From the sequence record MZ443783.1: a DNA stretch of 64,000 nucleotides; one strand, written 5' to 3'. Below the pieces are notes generated by a model. That model ran no database searches. It was given only the letters and a program-made list of their open reading frames with translations, and was not told the origin of the DNA. Below, in pieces: positions 35,450-43,711 of the stretch. Made by a program: the position numbers and the translations under genes. The number at the start of each line of letters is the position of its first letter. The first letter of the stretch is position 1.

Positions 35450-36744
35450 TACTTAACCGACTGCTTGAGCAAACGTTTCTGCTGCGGGTTCAGGCCCATA
35501 ACGTCTGCGATCTCATCGATCTTACGCAACGTCAACACGCCTTTAGCAGTACCGCCAGAACCTGTCAGGCTGACCTTAACGAACTCGCGTCCGTTACGAC
35601 CGTTAACGATCTGGTGAATGATACTGTTCTTACCGCCGCGGCCAGCGCGAAGTGCGGTGCTAGCCATGCCCAGAATTTCGGTGATAGCTTCTTTCTTCTC
35701 GGTTGGGCTGAGGCCCTGCACCAGACGAACATACAGGCTATCATTCTGCACACGCACGTTGTCGAAGATCTCTTTCTTACGACCACGAATATCGTGTTGA
35801 GCATTACCCAGCTGAGTTGTATCACGCAGGTTCTGAGTAGAGCGGTTGATTGGCTTACGTTCGCTGTAGTTCAGGAAGCCGTCAACAGCCATGAGCTGGT
35901 TGATAGTACGCTTCATTTCTGGAGCAGTAGCAATCAGACGACCCATAGGGAATGACCCAGGAACTTTCTCGTCAACGAGTGACGTCAGGAAGTTCTCACT
36001 GATACCGCTTGCAACCGCGATCGTGGTAGACAGCACCAGAGCGTAGTTCGGATAATGCAGGCCTTCTGAGTTCACGAAGTTATCAATGAACACATAGGTC
36101 TGGAAGCAGATAGGGTCAGTGCCTGACGCGATGAAGGTACGTGTACGAATCTTCGAATAGTCTTCTTTATTCAGAATCTTCGACAGATAGTTAGCGATAG
36201 TCGCAGCCAGCTTGGTGTGTTCTTTCGGGGCGCCGTTCTTAACGTCGATGCTCATCAGTTTGACCAGCTTCTGCTGTTGGTTCTTCGCTTGCTCGATGAC
36301 GCTCAACAGGCTCTTGGCAGCGGCATTCTGATCTTTGAACGCGCTGAAAGTTTTGCTGCTGAGAATCTGGTAGGCAACAGACAGTTCACCGATTGCCTGA
36401 GAGAGATTGCTCACCTGTTGGTTGTACTGTGCTTTAGAGCGCACGTCGGTGATATCAATCTTCGTCAGGTCAATAACCTGGTTGAGGTCAATCGCTTTGG
36501 CCTGTTTGCCTTTGATTTTACCTTCGAGATCTGCCAGCTCAACAGCCTTAGGACTAGCGCTGACAGACAGGAGTTTCTTCGGAATAGTGACTGAGGTGGC
36601 GTTAGCGATTACTTTATCAAGTACGTTACGGAATTCTTTCGCTGTGCGAGCACCACGCAGGGCAGCCATATTCCCAGAGTTATAGTCAACAGATGCGCTG
36701 ATACTGCTAACTTCATTGTTTTTGGCAGTCTTAGCCATGATCAT
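35449..36744 (-). CDS. Hypothetical, probably virion protein (431 aa)
   Basis: GAGGA SD; class-2 motif upstream; SSISAS and LLSVSAS motifs near the N-terminus. Confidence 0.55.
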   Translation of the reverse strand: MIMAKTAKNNEVSSISASVDYNSGNMAALRGARTAKEFRNVLDKVIANATSVTIPKKLLSVSASPKAVELADLEGKIKGKQAKAIDLNQVIDLTKIDITDVRSKAQYNQQVSNLSQAIGELSVAYQILSSKTFSAFKDQNAAAKSLLSVIEQAKNQQQKLVKLMSIDVKNGAPKEHTKLAATIANYLSKILNKEDYSKIRTRTFIASGTDPICFQTYVFIDNFVNSEGLHYPNYALVLSTTIAVASGISENFLTSLVDEKVPGSFPMGRLIATAPEMKRTINQLMAVDGFLNYSERKPINRSTQNLRDTTQLGNAQHDIRGRKKEIFDNVRVQNDSLYVRLVQGLSPTEKKEAITEILGMASTALRAGRGGKNSIIHQIVNGRNGREFVKVSLTGSGGTAKGVLTLRKIDEIADVMGLNPQQKRLLKQSVK

Positions 36745-36776
36745 CCTCTACTGGGTCTATTATTCATGTCGAGTAA

Positions 36777-36783
36777 AAATTAG
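36777..36783 (-). promoter_or_regulatory. Class-2 promoter-like motif CTAATTT
   Basis: Intergenic, 32 nt upstream of 36744; shares CTAATTTTTAC with the copy at 37651. Confidence 0.6.
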
Positions 36784-36851
36784 CGACTAAGGTCAGTTTT
36801 ACCCAACATAGTATACTCGAACACTTTACAAATTTTGGGTGCAGAAACGAC

Positions 36852-36879
36852 AAAAGGGGCAGCCGAAGCCACCCCTTTT
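36852..36879 (-). terminator. Intrinsic terminator
   Basis: GGGGTGGC-TTCG-GCTGCCCC-TTTTG. Confidence 0.85.
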
Positions 36880-36908
36880 GTTTTGTAACGTCATACCGAC
36901 CAGGTCGA

Positions 36909-37580
36909 TTAAACGACTACTTTACCTTTTGCTTTGGTCTTAGCGGCTTTCTTGCCACCAGCTTTCTGCGCTGCGGTACCTTTGTGCTTAACGACTTTAG
37001 CAGTGGTTTCTTTACCACCTTTCAGACGCGGCATTGGTTTCAGCTTAGGCTTGACCAGAGTTACGGCTTTCGGTGCTACTTTCGGAGTCACCAGTTTGCC
37101 GTCTTTGATGCTTGGCTTACGTGCTTTGCGCGCGGCCAGACGAGCTTTCTGTTTCAGGATCAGGTTTTTGTAACCAGCTTTCTGTTTAGCAGCAAGGTTG
37201 CTCTTAGCAACAGCCTGACGTTTCAGCAGGAGCTTACGCACTTTACCCTGGGAAACAGCGGTCGCTTTCAGGCCAGCCTGGTATTTAGCCAGACGTTCCT
37301 TCAGGCGCTGCTCGATGGTTTTCGCTTTGCCTTTCTTAGCCTGCTTACGCAGGTGAGTCGCACGTTCGTTGTCGTACTTCTTCTCGGAAGCGGTACGCTT
37401 AGGTGCAGCTTTCTTAGGCTTAGCAGCCTTAGGTGCAGCGGTTTTCTTCGCAGCTTTCGGCTTAGCAGCCTTAGGAGCAGCGGCTTTCTTCGCAGCAGGT
37501 TTTTTACCAGCGGCTTTCTTAGCCTTGGAACCGCCTTTAACCGGGTCGGTCGGGGAAGTGGTTTTGCGTTTTACGGCCAT
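36909..37580 (-). CDS. Histone H1-like Lys/Ala/Pro-rich DNA-binding protein (223 aa)
   Basis: KKAAGKKPAAKKAAAPKAAKPKAAKKTAAPKAAKPKKAAPKR repeats; almost no acidic or aromatic residues. Confidence 0.75.
   Translation of the reverse strand: MAVKRKTTSPTDPVKGGSKAKKAAGKKPAAKKAAAPKAAKPKAAKKTAAPKAAKPKKAAPKRTASEKKYDNERATHLRKQAKKGKAKTIEQRLKERLAKYQAGLKATAVSQGKVRKLLLKRQAVAKSNLAAKQKAGYKNLILKQKARLAARKARKPSIKDGKLVTPKVAPKAVTLVKPKLKPMPRLKGGKETTAKVVKHKGTAAQKAGGKKAAKTKAKGKVVV
37417..37496. repeat. Tandem coding repeat, 42-bp period (two 38-bp copies, 36/38 identical)
   Basis: ggcttagcagccttagg(t/a)gcagcgg(t/c)tttcttcgcagc at 37417-37454 and 37459-37496, encoding AAKK(T/A)AAPKAAKP. Confidence 0.85.
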
Positions 37581-37650
37581 GATTATATCCTCAAGTTACA
37601 ATTGAACTTTCGTCCTTCGGGACATTAAAGTTTTTGAAATCAGCATGTAA

Positions 37651-37657
37651 AAATTAG
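37651..37657 (-). promoter_or_regulatory. Class-2 promoter-like motif CTAATTT
   Basis: Intergenic, 70 nt upstream of the H1-like gene. Confidence 0.55.
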
Positions 37658-37701
37658 TATAATCTCTCCAGGATTCCTGAGGAAATTTCCTAAAAAACTT
37701 T

Positions 37702-38775
37702 TTACATAGCAGTATACCCTATTTCAGATAACACCGCGTTAAGTTCCTTGCGAGCACTAACCCGCAAAGACTTTTTAATTCCAGAAGCCTTCAGGTATTC
37801 CTTTAGGCCATCACGTGGGTCGATATCCGCAAGCGCCAGCTCGCTAACATCAACTGTATCTATATTATCGAGATCGACACGTTTATTCGTGGAATTTATT
37901 TGAGAAATATTTGGAACGCGAGTACGAATATCTGCTGGGATTGACACCGTATCTTTGACGACAACACGATATCGGATCGCAGGGTTTACCTCAAGGCGTG
38001 ACCAATCCTTTTGGTTTTCAATCACAACTGTTTCGAGTCTAAAGCCTGGCTTACTATCGACAAACTTACGCTTAACCACCAGCTCTTTGTTCTTGTACTG
38101 CGCACGAATATGAATGAATCCTTTCGGTAATGCTTCTCCAAATGTTTTCTGATACGGTGAGCCACAATATTCGAAGCGCTTCTTCTCCAGCACCTGAGCC
38201 AAGTGGATGTGCCCACTGATTGTGTAATCGCGTGGGTCTACTTTGATATCGTGTTTCGTCTTGAGTGGACGACCGTTATCGCCAAGAGCGCCAACAGCTT
38301 CAACGTGACAGAAGTTAAGGCATGGCTTCTTATGCTTGATACTTTCTCTTGCAGGGTGAGCCAAGAAGTTAACCACGATACCGTCAATCTCTACCTGCTC
38401 TGGACGAAGATAGATGTGCAGAGACTTGAGGAAGTCCCACTCACAAAACGTTTTGATAAGGTCCACACTGGTGCTCGTCATATCTGCCCAGTCATGGTTG
38501 CCACCACAATACCACGTATCAATGATGCCGTCATACTTCAAGAAGAACTGGAGCAACTTACGCTTCGTGTCATCGTCCATCTTGAACTTGTCAGTGATAT
38601 CACCAGGAACGAAGATGTGTTTGATGCCGTGCTCCAGTGCGTACTGATAGATACGGTCGATCGTTTCAAGCTGACGGTCAATGTGGTCAACAGGGAAGTG
38701 ACTCGACAGACCTTCTAAGTGCCAGTCAGAAGTTACAAGCGCTTCAAGGAAAGCCGCTACTTTGTTCTTTTTCAT
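37702..38775 (-). CDS. sbcD: SbcD/Mre11-like metallophosphoesterase nuclease (357 aa)
   Basis: TSDWHL, PGDITD, GGNHD, SGHIH, YCGSPYQKTFGE. Confidence 0.9.
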   Translation of the reverse strand: MKKNKVAAFLEALVTSDWHLEGLSSHFPVDHIDRQLETIDRIYQYALEHGIKHIFVPGDITDKFKMDDDTKRKLLQFFLKYDGIIDTWYCGGNHDWADMTSTSVDLIKTFCEWDFLKSLHIYLRPEQVEIDGIVVNFLAHPARESIKHKKPCLNFCHVEAVGALGDNGRPLKTKHDIKVDPRDYTISGHIHLAQVLEKKRFEYCGSPYQKTFGEALPKGFIHIRAQYKNKELVVKRKFVDSKPGFRLETVVIENQKDWSRLEVNPAIRYRVVVKDTVSIPADIRTRVPNISQINSTNKRVDLDNIDTVDVSELALADIDPRDGLKEYLKASGIKKSLRVSARKELNAVLSEIGYTAM

Positions 38776-38804
38776 TGGTGTAATCCACAGGTTTCAATGT
38801 AAGC

Positions 38805-38813
38805 TATTTACAG
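38805..38813 (-). promoter_or_regulatory. Class-1 promoter-like motif CTGTAAATA
   Basis: Exact copy immediately after a terminator U-tract, 29 nt upstream of sbcD. Confidence 0.7.
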
Positions 38814-38841
38814 AAAAATGGGCACCCGAAGGCACCCATTT
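38814..38841 (-). terminator. Intrinsic terminator
   Basis: ATGGGTGCC-TTCG-GGTGCCCAT-TTTT. Confidence 0.85.
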
Positions 38842-38845
38842 GGAT

Positions 38846-40726
38846 TTATTTCTTGGCTCGTAATCTTCTGGCCTTAGCTTCATCTCTGAGGTCAATCAAT
38901 GAATCCAGAGACTCTTCCATGCCGAGTTCGATAGCACGTTTGATGACAGCCTCTTTTATCACTTTCGAGGACTGACCTGACGCAATCAACAGATAGAGTC
39001 CAGAACGTGACATGTTGATCGCTTCTGGGTACAACTCTTCCGACGCTTGCTGCAACAGGAAGTCACCATCAAGTCGATGCAGGAGAATGCCGACCTCTTT
39101 CTGTTTGATTTTAGGCTTAGGATTGTTGATCAGTGCATCACGCATACGAGGGCGGAGGTCTAGTCGATCATCGAATGCAATCAGCTTATCTCCGTCCATG
39201 ATGCGAGTGATAACATCGTAGTAGCGAGGACTAAGCATGTCCTTGTGTCGTTCCAAACTCGCACGATTCGCAGCAGGGCACTTTGGATTCTGTGCAGCGA
39301 ATGCAGCGGCAGCAGGTAGGAGCACATACTCCGTGTACATGCTTCCTGTATAGCTTCCGAACTCCTCGTCCACATACTGCGTCTGCGTACCAGCACTGTT
39401 AATGCGCGAAGCGTTGTACCAGAACATTTGCTCTGGGTTCTTAGAGTATTTGGCGAATGACCAAATCTCCGAGAGCGCAGCAGGGAAGGCACCATCAACA
39501 GTCGCATCCGTATTGTCACGATACAGGTCCATCGAGCCTAAGTTAGCGTCCAGGAAACTATCACGCTGACTGTTAGGCAGGGCTTCGATAAACATCATAA
39601 GCGGTTGTGGTTTTCCTGACAGACTCTCCCACACCTTCGACATAACGTAATCGTCAAGCTCGAAGTTCTCAAACAACGTATCGAAGTAACGACGTAATTC
39701 GGTCAGGTGCCCGTTATTAATCAGCAGCGATACGCAACGACTATAGAAACGAGTCTGGCCCCATTTCTGTTTCGCCAGTGCAGTAGCAATCTGAGGGAAT
39801 CGGTCCATGTACTCCAGAGCTATATCTTCTGCTTCTTTGGAGCGACTAGCAATCAGACCCTGAATGAAAGCGTTAACATCACCACGCATCATGGGACCTT
39901 CGAGATCGTAGTTGAACTGACCCCTTGAATCAATATACAACTTACTGGCCATCTCGTACACGCCTTTACGTTCAGTAGTAGCGATAAACGGATTGACCTT
40001 CTCGTTCAACCAATCTTGCAGCGTGTGGATGAATGGCATCTTGTTGTCAGGATAAGCGTACTCGACCATGTACATGGCGTTCACTTTATCGGAGCCAACG
40101 AACTTATCAGCAGCTTTCGCCTTAGTGCGTTCAAAGAAAGGCTTGGCAAGACAACGACCAATAGGCTTGTTGATGTTCTTATCCTGATGGTCAATCAAGT
40201 AAGCAATCAGAGTACCATTTGCGATATCCTGTTTGATATACTTCTTGTTGCTGCCTGTTTTCAAATTCATGCAGCTCACCCAGCCACGATCGGTACTCAT
40301 ACCAGCGATATCATACGGGTGCATTGAGATACAGATCAGCTGGTGGTTACGCGTTGCGTTAACAAGTGACTTGCGCTTAGGGTCCGAATCAAACATCTTC
40401 TTGAGTTCGGGCAGCTTCGCAAGATACTTACCGATTTTAACAATACGTCCGTGCGAATCTTTACCTGTGCCTGCAACGTAATCCACCAGCACGATATTCT
40501 TTTCGGCAAGTGCGTCAACGATCTCAATAGGTGCCACAACGTTTTGTGCAACATTCTTGATCACGGTATCGGTCTTTGCGTCTATATAGATACGCATCGC
40601 CTTGTGACCTTTCTTGCCACTAATCTTTTCGAAGATACCCAACAGTGTGGGATTTGGCTTCCAGCCTTTTCTGTACTTGCGATACATTGAAGGAGGTAGC
40701 GCAGACAAACTAACCATTATTTCCAT
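38846..40726 (-). CDS. Hypothetical protein with MEIMVSLSA leader (626 aa; start revised)
   Basis: ATG 40726 with GAGA SD and class-2 motif upstream; the track start at 40915 overlaps the upstream gene and a terminator. Contains ISMHPYDIAGMSTDRGWVSCM. Confidence 0.65.
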   Translation of the reverse strand: MEIMVSLSALPPSMYRKYRKGWKPNPTLLGIFEKISGKKGHKAMRIYIDAKTDTVIKNVAQNVVAPIEIVDALAEKNIVLVDYVAGTGKDSHGRIVKIGKYLAKLPELKKMFDSDPKRKSLVNATRNHQLICISMHPYDIAGMSTDRGWVSCMNLKTGSNKKYIKQDIANGTLIAYLIDHQDKNINKPIGRCLAKPFFERTKAKAADKFVGSDKVNAMYMVEYAYPDNKMPFIHTLQDWLNEKVNPFIATTERKGVYEMASKLYIDSRGQFNYDLEGPMMRGDVNAFIQGLIASRSKEAEDIALEYMDRFPQIATALAKQKWGQTRFYSRCVSLLINNGHLTELRRYFDTLFENFELDDYVMSKVWESLSGKPQPLMMFIEALPNSQRDSFLDANLGSMDLYRDNTDATVDGAFPAALSEIWSFAKYSKNPEQMFWYNASRINSAGTQTQYVDEEFGSYTGSMYTEYVLLPAAAAFAAQNPKCPAANRASLERHKDMLSPRYYDVITRIMDGDKLIAFDDRLDLRPRMRDALINNPKPKIKQKEVGILLHRLDGDFLLQQASEELYPEAINMSRSGLYLLIASGQSSKVIKEAVIKRAIELGMEESLDSLIDLRDEAKARRLRAKK

Positions 40727-40755
40727 GATGTTTCTCGTTATTCGGGTGTTACGAA

Positions 40756-40762
40756 AAATTAG
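40756..40762 (-). promoter_or_regulatory. Class-2 promoter-like motif CTAATTT
   Basis: Intergenic, 29 nt upstream of 40726, after a hairpin. Confidence 0.55.
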
Positions 40763-40772
40763 CGTTGAAATG

Positions 40773-40798
40773 ACAAACGCCCCGTTAGGAGCGTTTGT
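40773..40798 (-). terminator. Terminator-like hairpin overlapping the SLOG stop codon
   Basis: ACAAACGCTCC-TAAC-GGGGCGTTTGT; weak U-tract. Confidence 0.55.
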
Positions 40799-41303
40799 AG
40801 CGTTCGTTGAATCTCTGCCAGTCTTTCCACCAGTACTCAACACGCTTACCATTTCGAAGCGCATAGTCGATGCAGTTCTGTGTACCAGAAGGTGCACCGC
40901 AACAAAGAGAAGCAAGACGGTCAGTGTTGTCCACCATGAAATGATTCCGCTTGTTTAGCGCAAACACCTCTTGTCCATCCATATGTACCCAGTCCTCTTT
41001 GGACGTCACGATATGGACTTCGTGGCTTTTATTCAACAGACCGTCAAGCTCAAACACACTGGACATATTCCAGCGGTTATTAAATCCGAGATAAGGGATA
41101 CATGACACAACACGGTGTCCTTGCTCGATAGCAGCATTGGCGATTGCCATGTCAAAGCCGAGAGCGCAACCAACCCAAATTTCAGTGTCGTTCTCGATAC
41201 GCAGCAATCTTCTATGAGCAAAAGTATAGAGGCGGCGTTTTGCCTCAGGGCCGAAGCCACCTAGATACTGTGGTCGATGGCCAGTGAAGGATAGTTTTTC
41301 CAT
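40785..41303 (-). CDS. SLOG-superfamily, YspA/DUF1273-like protein (172 aa)
   Basis: LSFTGHRP, GCALGFDM..A..A, KRNHFMVDNTDRL, SGTQNCIDYA. Confidence 0.8.
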   Translation of the reverse strand: MEKLSFTGHRPQYLGGFGPEAKRRLYTFAHRRLLRIENDTEIWVGCALGFDMAIANAAIEQGHRVVSCIPYLGFNNRWNMSSVFELDGLLNKSHEVHIVTSKEDWVHMDGQEVFALNKRNHFMVDNTDRLASLCCGAPSGTQNCIDYALRNGKRVEYWWKDWQRFNERYKRS

Positions 41304-41309
41304 GCTCTG

Positions 41310-41318
41310 TATTTACAG
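41310..41318 (-). promoter_or_regulatory. Class-1 promoter-like motif CTGTAAATA
   Basis: Exact copy, only 6 nt upstream of the ATG. Confidence 0.6.
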
Positions 41319-41324
41319 AACTTA

Positions 41325-42215
41325 TCAGACGGCGATATCAAACGATTTTATGTTGATACCAACATTGATTGGATATCGTTTCCCTGGAGTACACGCTGCG
41401 CCCGCATTAACTGAGAAGTCAGCACTGGTCAGCGTCAGCACTCTGTCACCTGCGATGAAAGCCATTAGATTAGGCTTCACCTGTTCGGTATCAGGATAAG
41501 GAGTCATTCCGCCTCTACCTAAGTACAGTTGTGGGCGTGTGCCTTTGAGGTCAGGAGGATCTGTTAGACCACCAGATCTACTGAATGAACGTACAGTCAG
41601 AATGAAGGGCTTGGCCATATATGTAGGAGTGTCTTTGTATTCCATACGACAATCCCATGTGGTCATAATCGATCCTATTGCAGCATTGGTTGAACCGAAG
41701 TTCATCTCCTTACCGAAAGCAACAGCACTCTGCGAAGTAAGGCTACACAATGTGGCGTCATATCGAGGACGACAGTTCATATTGTTGTTGGCGACTTGAC
41801 TGCGAACGTACATACCAAGATAACCATCACCACCGTTATACCCTTGAATGAATCTAGGCGTCCATTCAGGAATTATCCATGACATGCGATTGTTTTCTTC
41901 GCCTACTGAGTAATCCGTGTATGAGACAGGAGTACCAGATTTAGCCAACAGCAAATCATTGAATGTGTAGGGCATATCAGGAGCAGAGAACTTCAAGTTC
42001 GTGTAGTACCTGATATAAGTTTCGTTGCCTGCAACAATCGTTGTATTGCCGTCACTGCCTAAACAGCATCGCGCCTTTGATACGTTCGCAATCAAATCAG
42101 AAACAGAATTGAACGACGAAGGTACGCCAGAGTCTAACACGGTATCAAACAGAAATATCTCAGGAAGGTTTTGCGCTTCACTGAAATCAAAGTTGTTTCC
42201 ATTAACGTATTGCAT
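41325..42215 (-). CDS. 'MQY' paralogue family protein (296 aa), probably structural
   Basis: Shares the MQY start, KAR..LG and terminal PG(T/K)R with 42631..43491 and 46710..47594. Confidence 0.55.
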   Translation of the reverse strand: MQYVNGNNFDFSEAQNLPEIFLFDTVLDSGVPSSFNSVSDLIANVSKARCCLGSDGNTTIVAGNETYIRYYTNLKFSAPDMPYTFNDLLLAKSGTPVSYTDYSVGEENNRMSWIIPEWTPRFIQGYNGGDGYLGMYVRSQVANNNMNCRPRYDATLCSLTSQSAVAFGKEMNFGSTNAAIGSIMTTWDCRMEYKDTPTYMAKPFILTVRSFSRSGGLTDPPDLKGTRPQLYLGRGGMTPYPDTEQVKPNLMAFIAGDRVLTLTSADFSVNAGAACTPGKRYPINVGINIKSFDIAV

Positions 42216-42255
42216 GTGAGTCCTCCTTGAGACACGTCCTTGTGTCGCATAGCGA

Positions 42256-42621
42256 TTAAGCCACTACTTCAAGGTCATGATCACCAGAGTTCCACACAAG
42301 CTCACGAATGTTGCGTGGCATGATGATACAACCAGACGATGCAGTCCCTGGTGCTTTGATACTATCACCGTGCATCTGGAACGCAGAGCGGCCGAACATC
42401 ACGTTCTCTTTTGCTGGAGTCAAGTCCATTGCATACGGACCAGTCTTCTGACTTTGGCGTGGAGCATTCAGTGTGTAATGCCCTACAGGCAGAGGACCTA
42501 GGCCAACGATGTTCTGACTATCGTGTTTGTTCTTGTGCTCGCCTTTACCGGCATAACCAGTAGCGACAAGTTTATTAGCCGAGTTATACAGACGGCCTGT
42601 TGTTTGCTCATACTTCCACAT
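42256..42621 (-). CDS. Tlde1/DUF2778-like (L,D-transpeptidase fold) protein (121 aa)
   Basis: MWKYEQTTG.L, GYAG.G, GPLP.G.Y, GRSAFQMHGD......ASSGCII (His...SxGC catalytic signature). Confidence 0.8.
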   Translation of the reverse strand: MWKYEQTTGRLYNSANKLVATGYAGKGEHKNKHDSQNIVGLGPLPVGHYTLNAPRQSQKTGPYAMDLTPAKENVMFGRSAFQMHGDSIKAPGTASSGCIIMPRNIRELVWNSGDHDLEVVA

Positions 42622-42630
42622 ATACGCTCC

Positions 42631-43491
42631 TTATAGCTCTGTGTGGTTTTTGGGGAAATCAATGTACGGACGAGTGCCTGGGACCAAATCACTTTCGACC
42701 GTGAAGTCTATGTCTCTTTCGAATTTCCAGAACGTGTTAGAAGAAAGTGGAAAGAGTCCGAAATGAATGTCCACTGTCTCAGGCTCAAACAACATCTCTG
42801 GAGAGTAGAAGGAATCAGTGACTTTGTTGTTGCCCCACCTAAGGCCTTGACCAGAAGATGAGGTATTGTAGCGAGTAGCGAACATGCAATCAAGCATTGA
42901 GATCGCATCAGTCACTTCATATGAAGGGGTGACGTCGTAATTACCACTCCAGTTAAGTGTGGCGACGTAGCTAGATGAAGTCGGAGCTTTCCCTGATTCA
43001 CACAGATAGGCATCGAGATAGTAACCGTACCAACTCGCAGAGCTTTGTCTAGTGACAGAGAATGTTGGCATAGTCATTTGGGTATGACCTAAGCCTGGAT
43101 TAATGACGAAGTTACGTTTCAGTGGGTAGTAGTATATGGCAGCAGATATTGCATACTCAAATACTTCCCATTCGGTCGACTGCCCATCAGACGCGAGAGA
43201 AGCGTAGTTTTCATCAGTCCTGAGTGCAGCGCCAATGACCGTGTTATCTTCGGCAGCAACGACGGCCCGCGATGTAAAGGCGTTACGCATCTGGGTGAAG
43301 TAATACTTCTCGGCAGCCTGACCGCGAATTGGGTTTAGCTGGAATCCGCCTCCTAGTGTTGTTCTTGCTTTACGAAATATCTCTTCCATTGTGTCTTCGC
43401 TGATTTGAGGCAGGTTATCATCATCAGACAAAAACACGGTTGTTGGTTGAGATGGTTTGGTGATTGAAGCGAAACTGGATAAATATTGCAT
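42631..43491 (-). CDS. 'MQY' paralogue family protein (286 aa; start revised)
   Basis: MQYL start; KARTTLG, LNPIRGQ, LVPGTRP. Confidence 0.55.
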   Translation of the reverse strand: MQYLSSFASITKPSQPTTVFLSDDDNLPQISEDTMEEIFRKARTTLGGGFQLNPIRGQAAEKYYFTQMRNAFTSRAVVAAEDNTVIGAALRTDENYASLASDGQSTEWEVFEYAISAAIYYYPLKRNFVINPGLGHTQMTMPTFSVTRQSSASWYGYYLDAYLCESGKAPTSSSYVATLNWSGNYDVTPSYEVTDAISMLDCMFATRYNTSSSGQGLRWGNNKVTDSFYSPEMLFEPETVDIHFGLFPLSSNTFWKFERDIDFTVESDLVPGTRPYIDFPKNHTEL

Positions 43492-43533
43492 GTTATAAGC
43501 CTTGGTTTTTATTGTGGAACCACGGCATAGCAC

Positions 43534-43566
43534 AAAAGGGCCTACACCTTTCGATGCAAGCCCTTT
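43534..43566 (-). terminator. Intrinsic terminator
   Basis: GGGCTTGCATC-GAAA-GGTGTAGGCCC-TTTT (three G-U pairs, GNRA loop). Confidence 0.8.
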
Positions 43567-43571
43567 GGGTG

Positions 43572-43709
43572 TCAGACTATGATTGTCTTGATCACGTTAC
43601 GGTTCTTCTTTGGGTCGAACCATACTTCTTCGATAATCTTGCCCATGCCGAAATTGATCATCTGAACCGTACGGCGTCGAACGAGTTGCAGACGTTTAGA
43701 CTGGAACAT
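43572..43709 (-). CDS. Small basic protein (45 aa), absent from the ORF track
   Basis: AAGGAG SD; MFQSKRLQLVRRRTVQMINFGMGKIIEEVWFDPKKNRNVIKTIIV; fills the gap up to the terminator. Confidence 0.6.
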   Translation of the reverse strand: MFQSKRLQLVRRRTVQMINFGMGKIIEEVWFDPKKNRNVIKTIIV

Positions 43710-43711
43710 GA

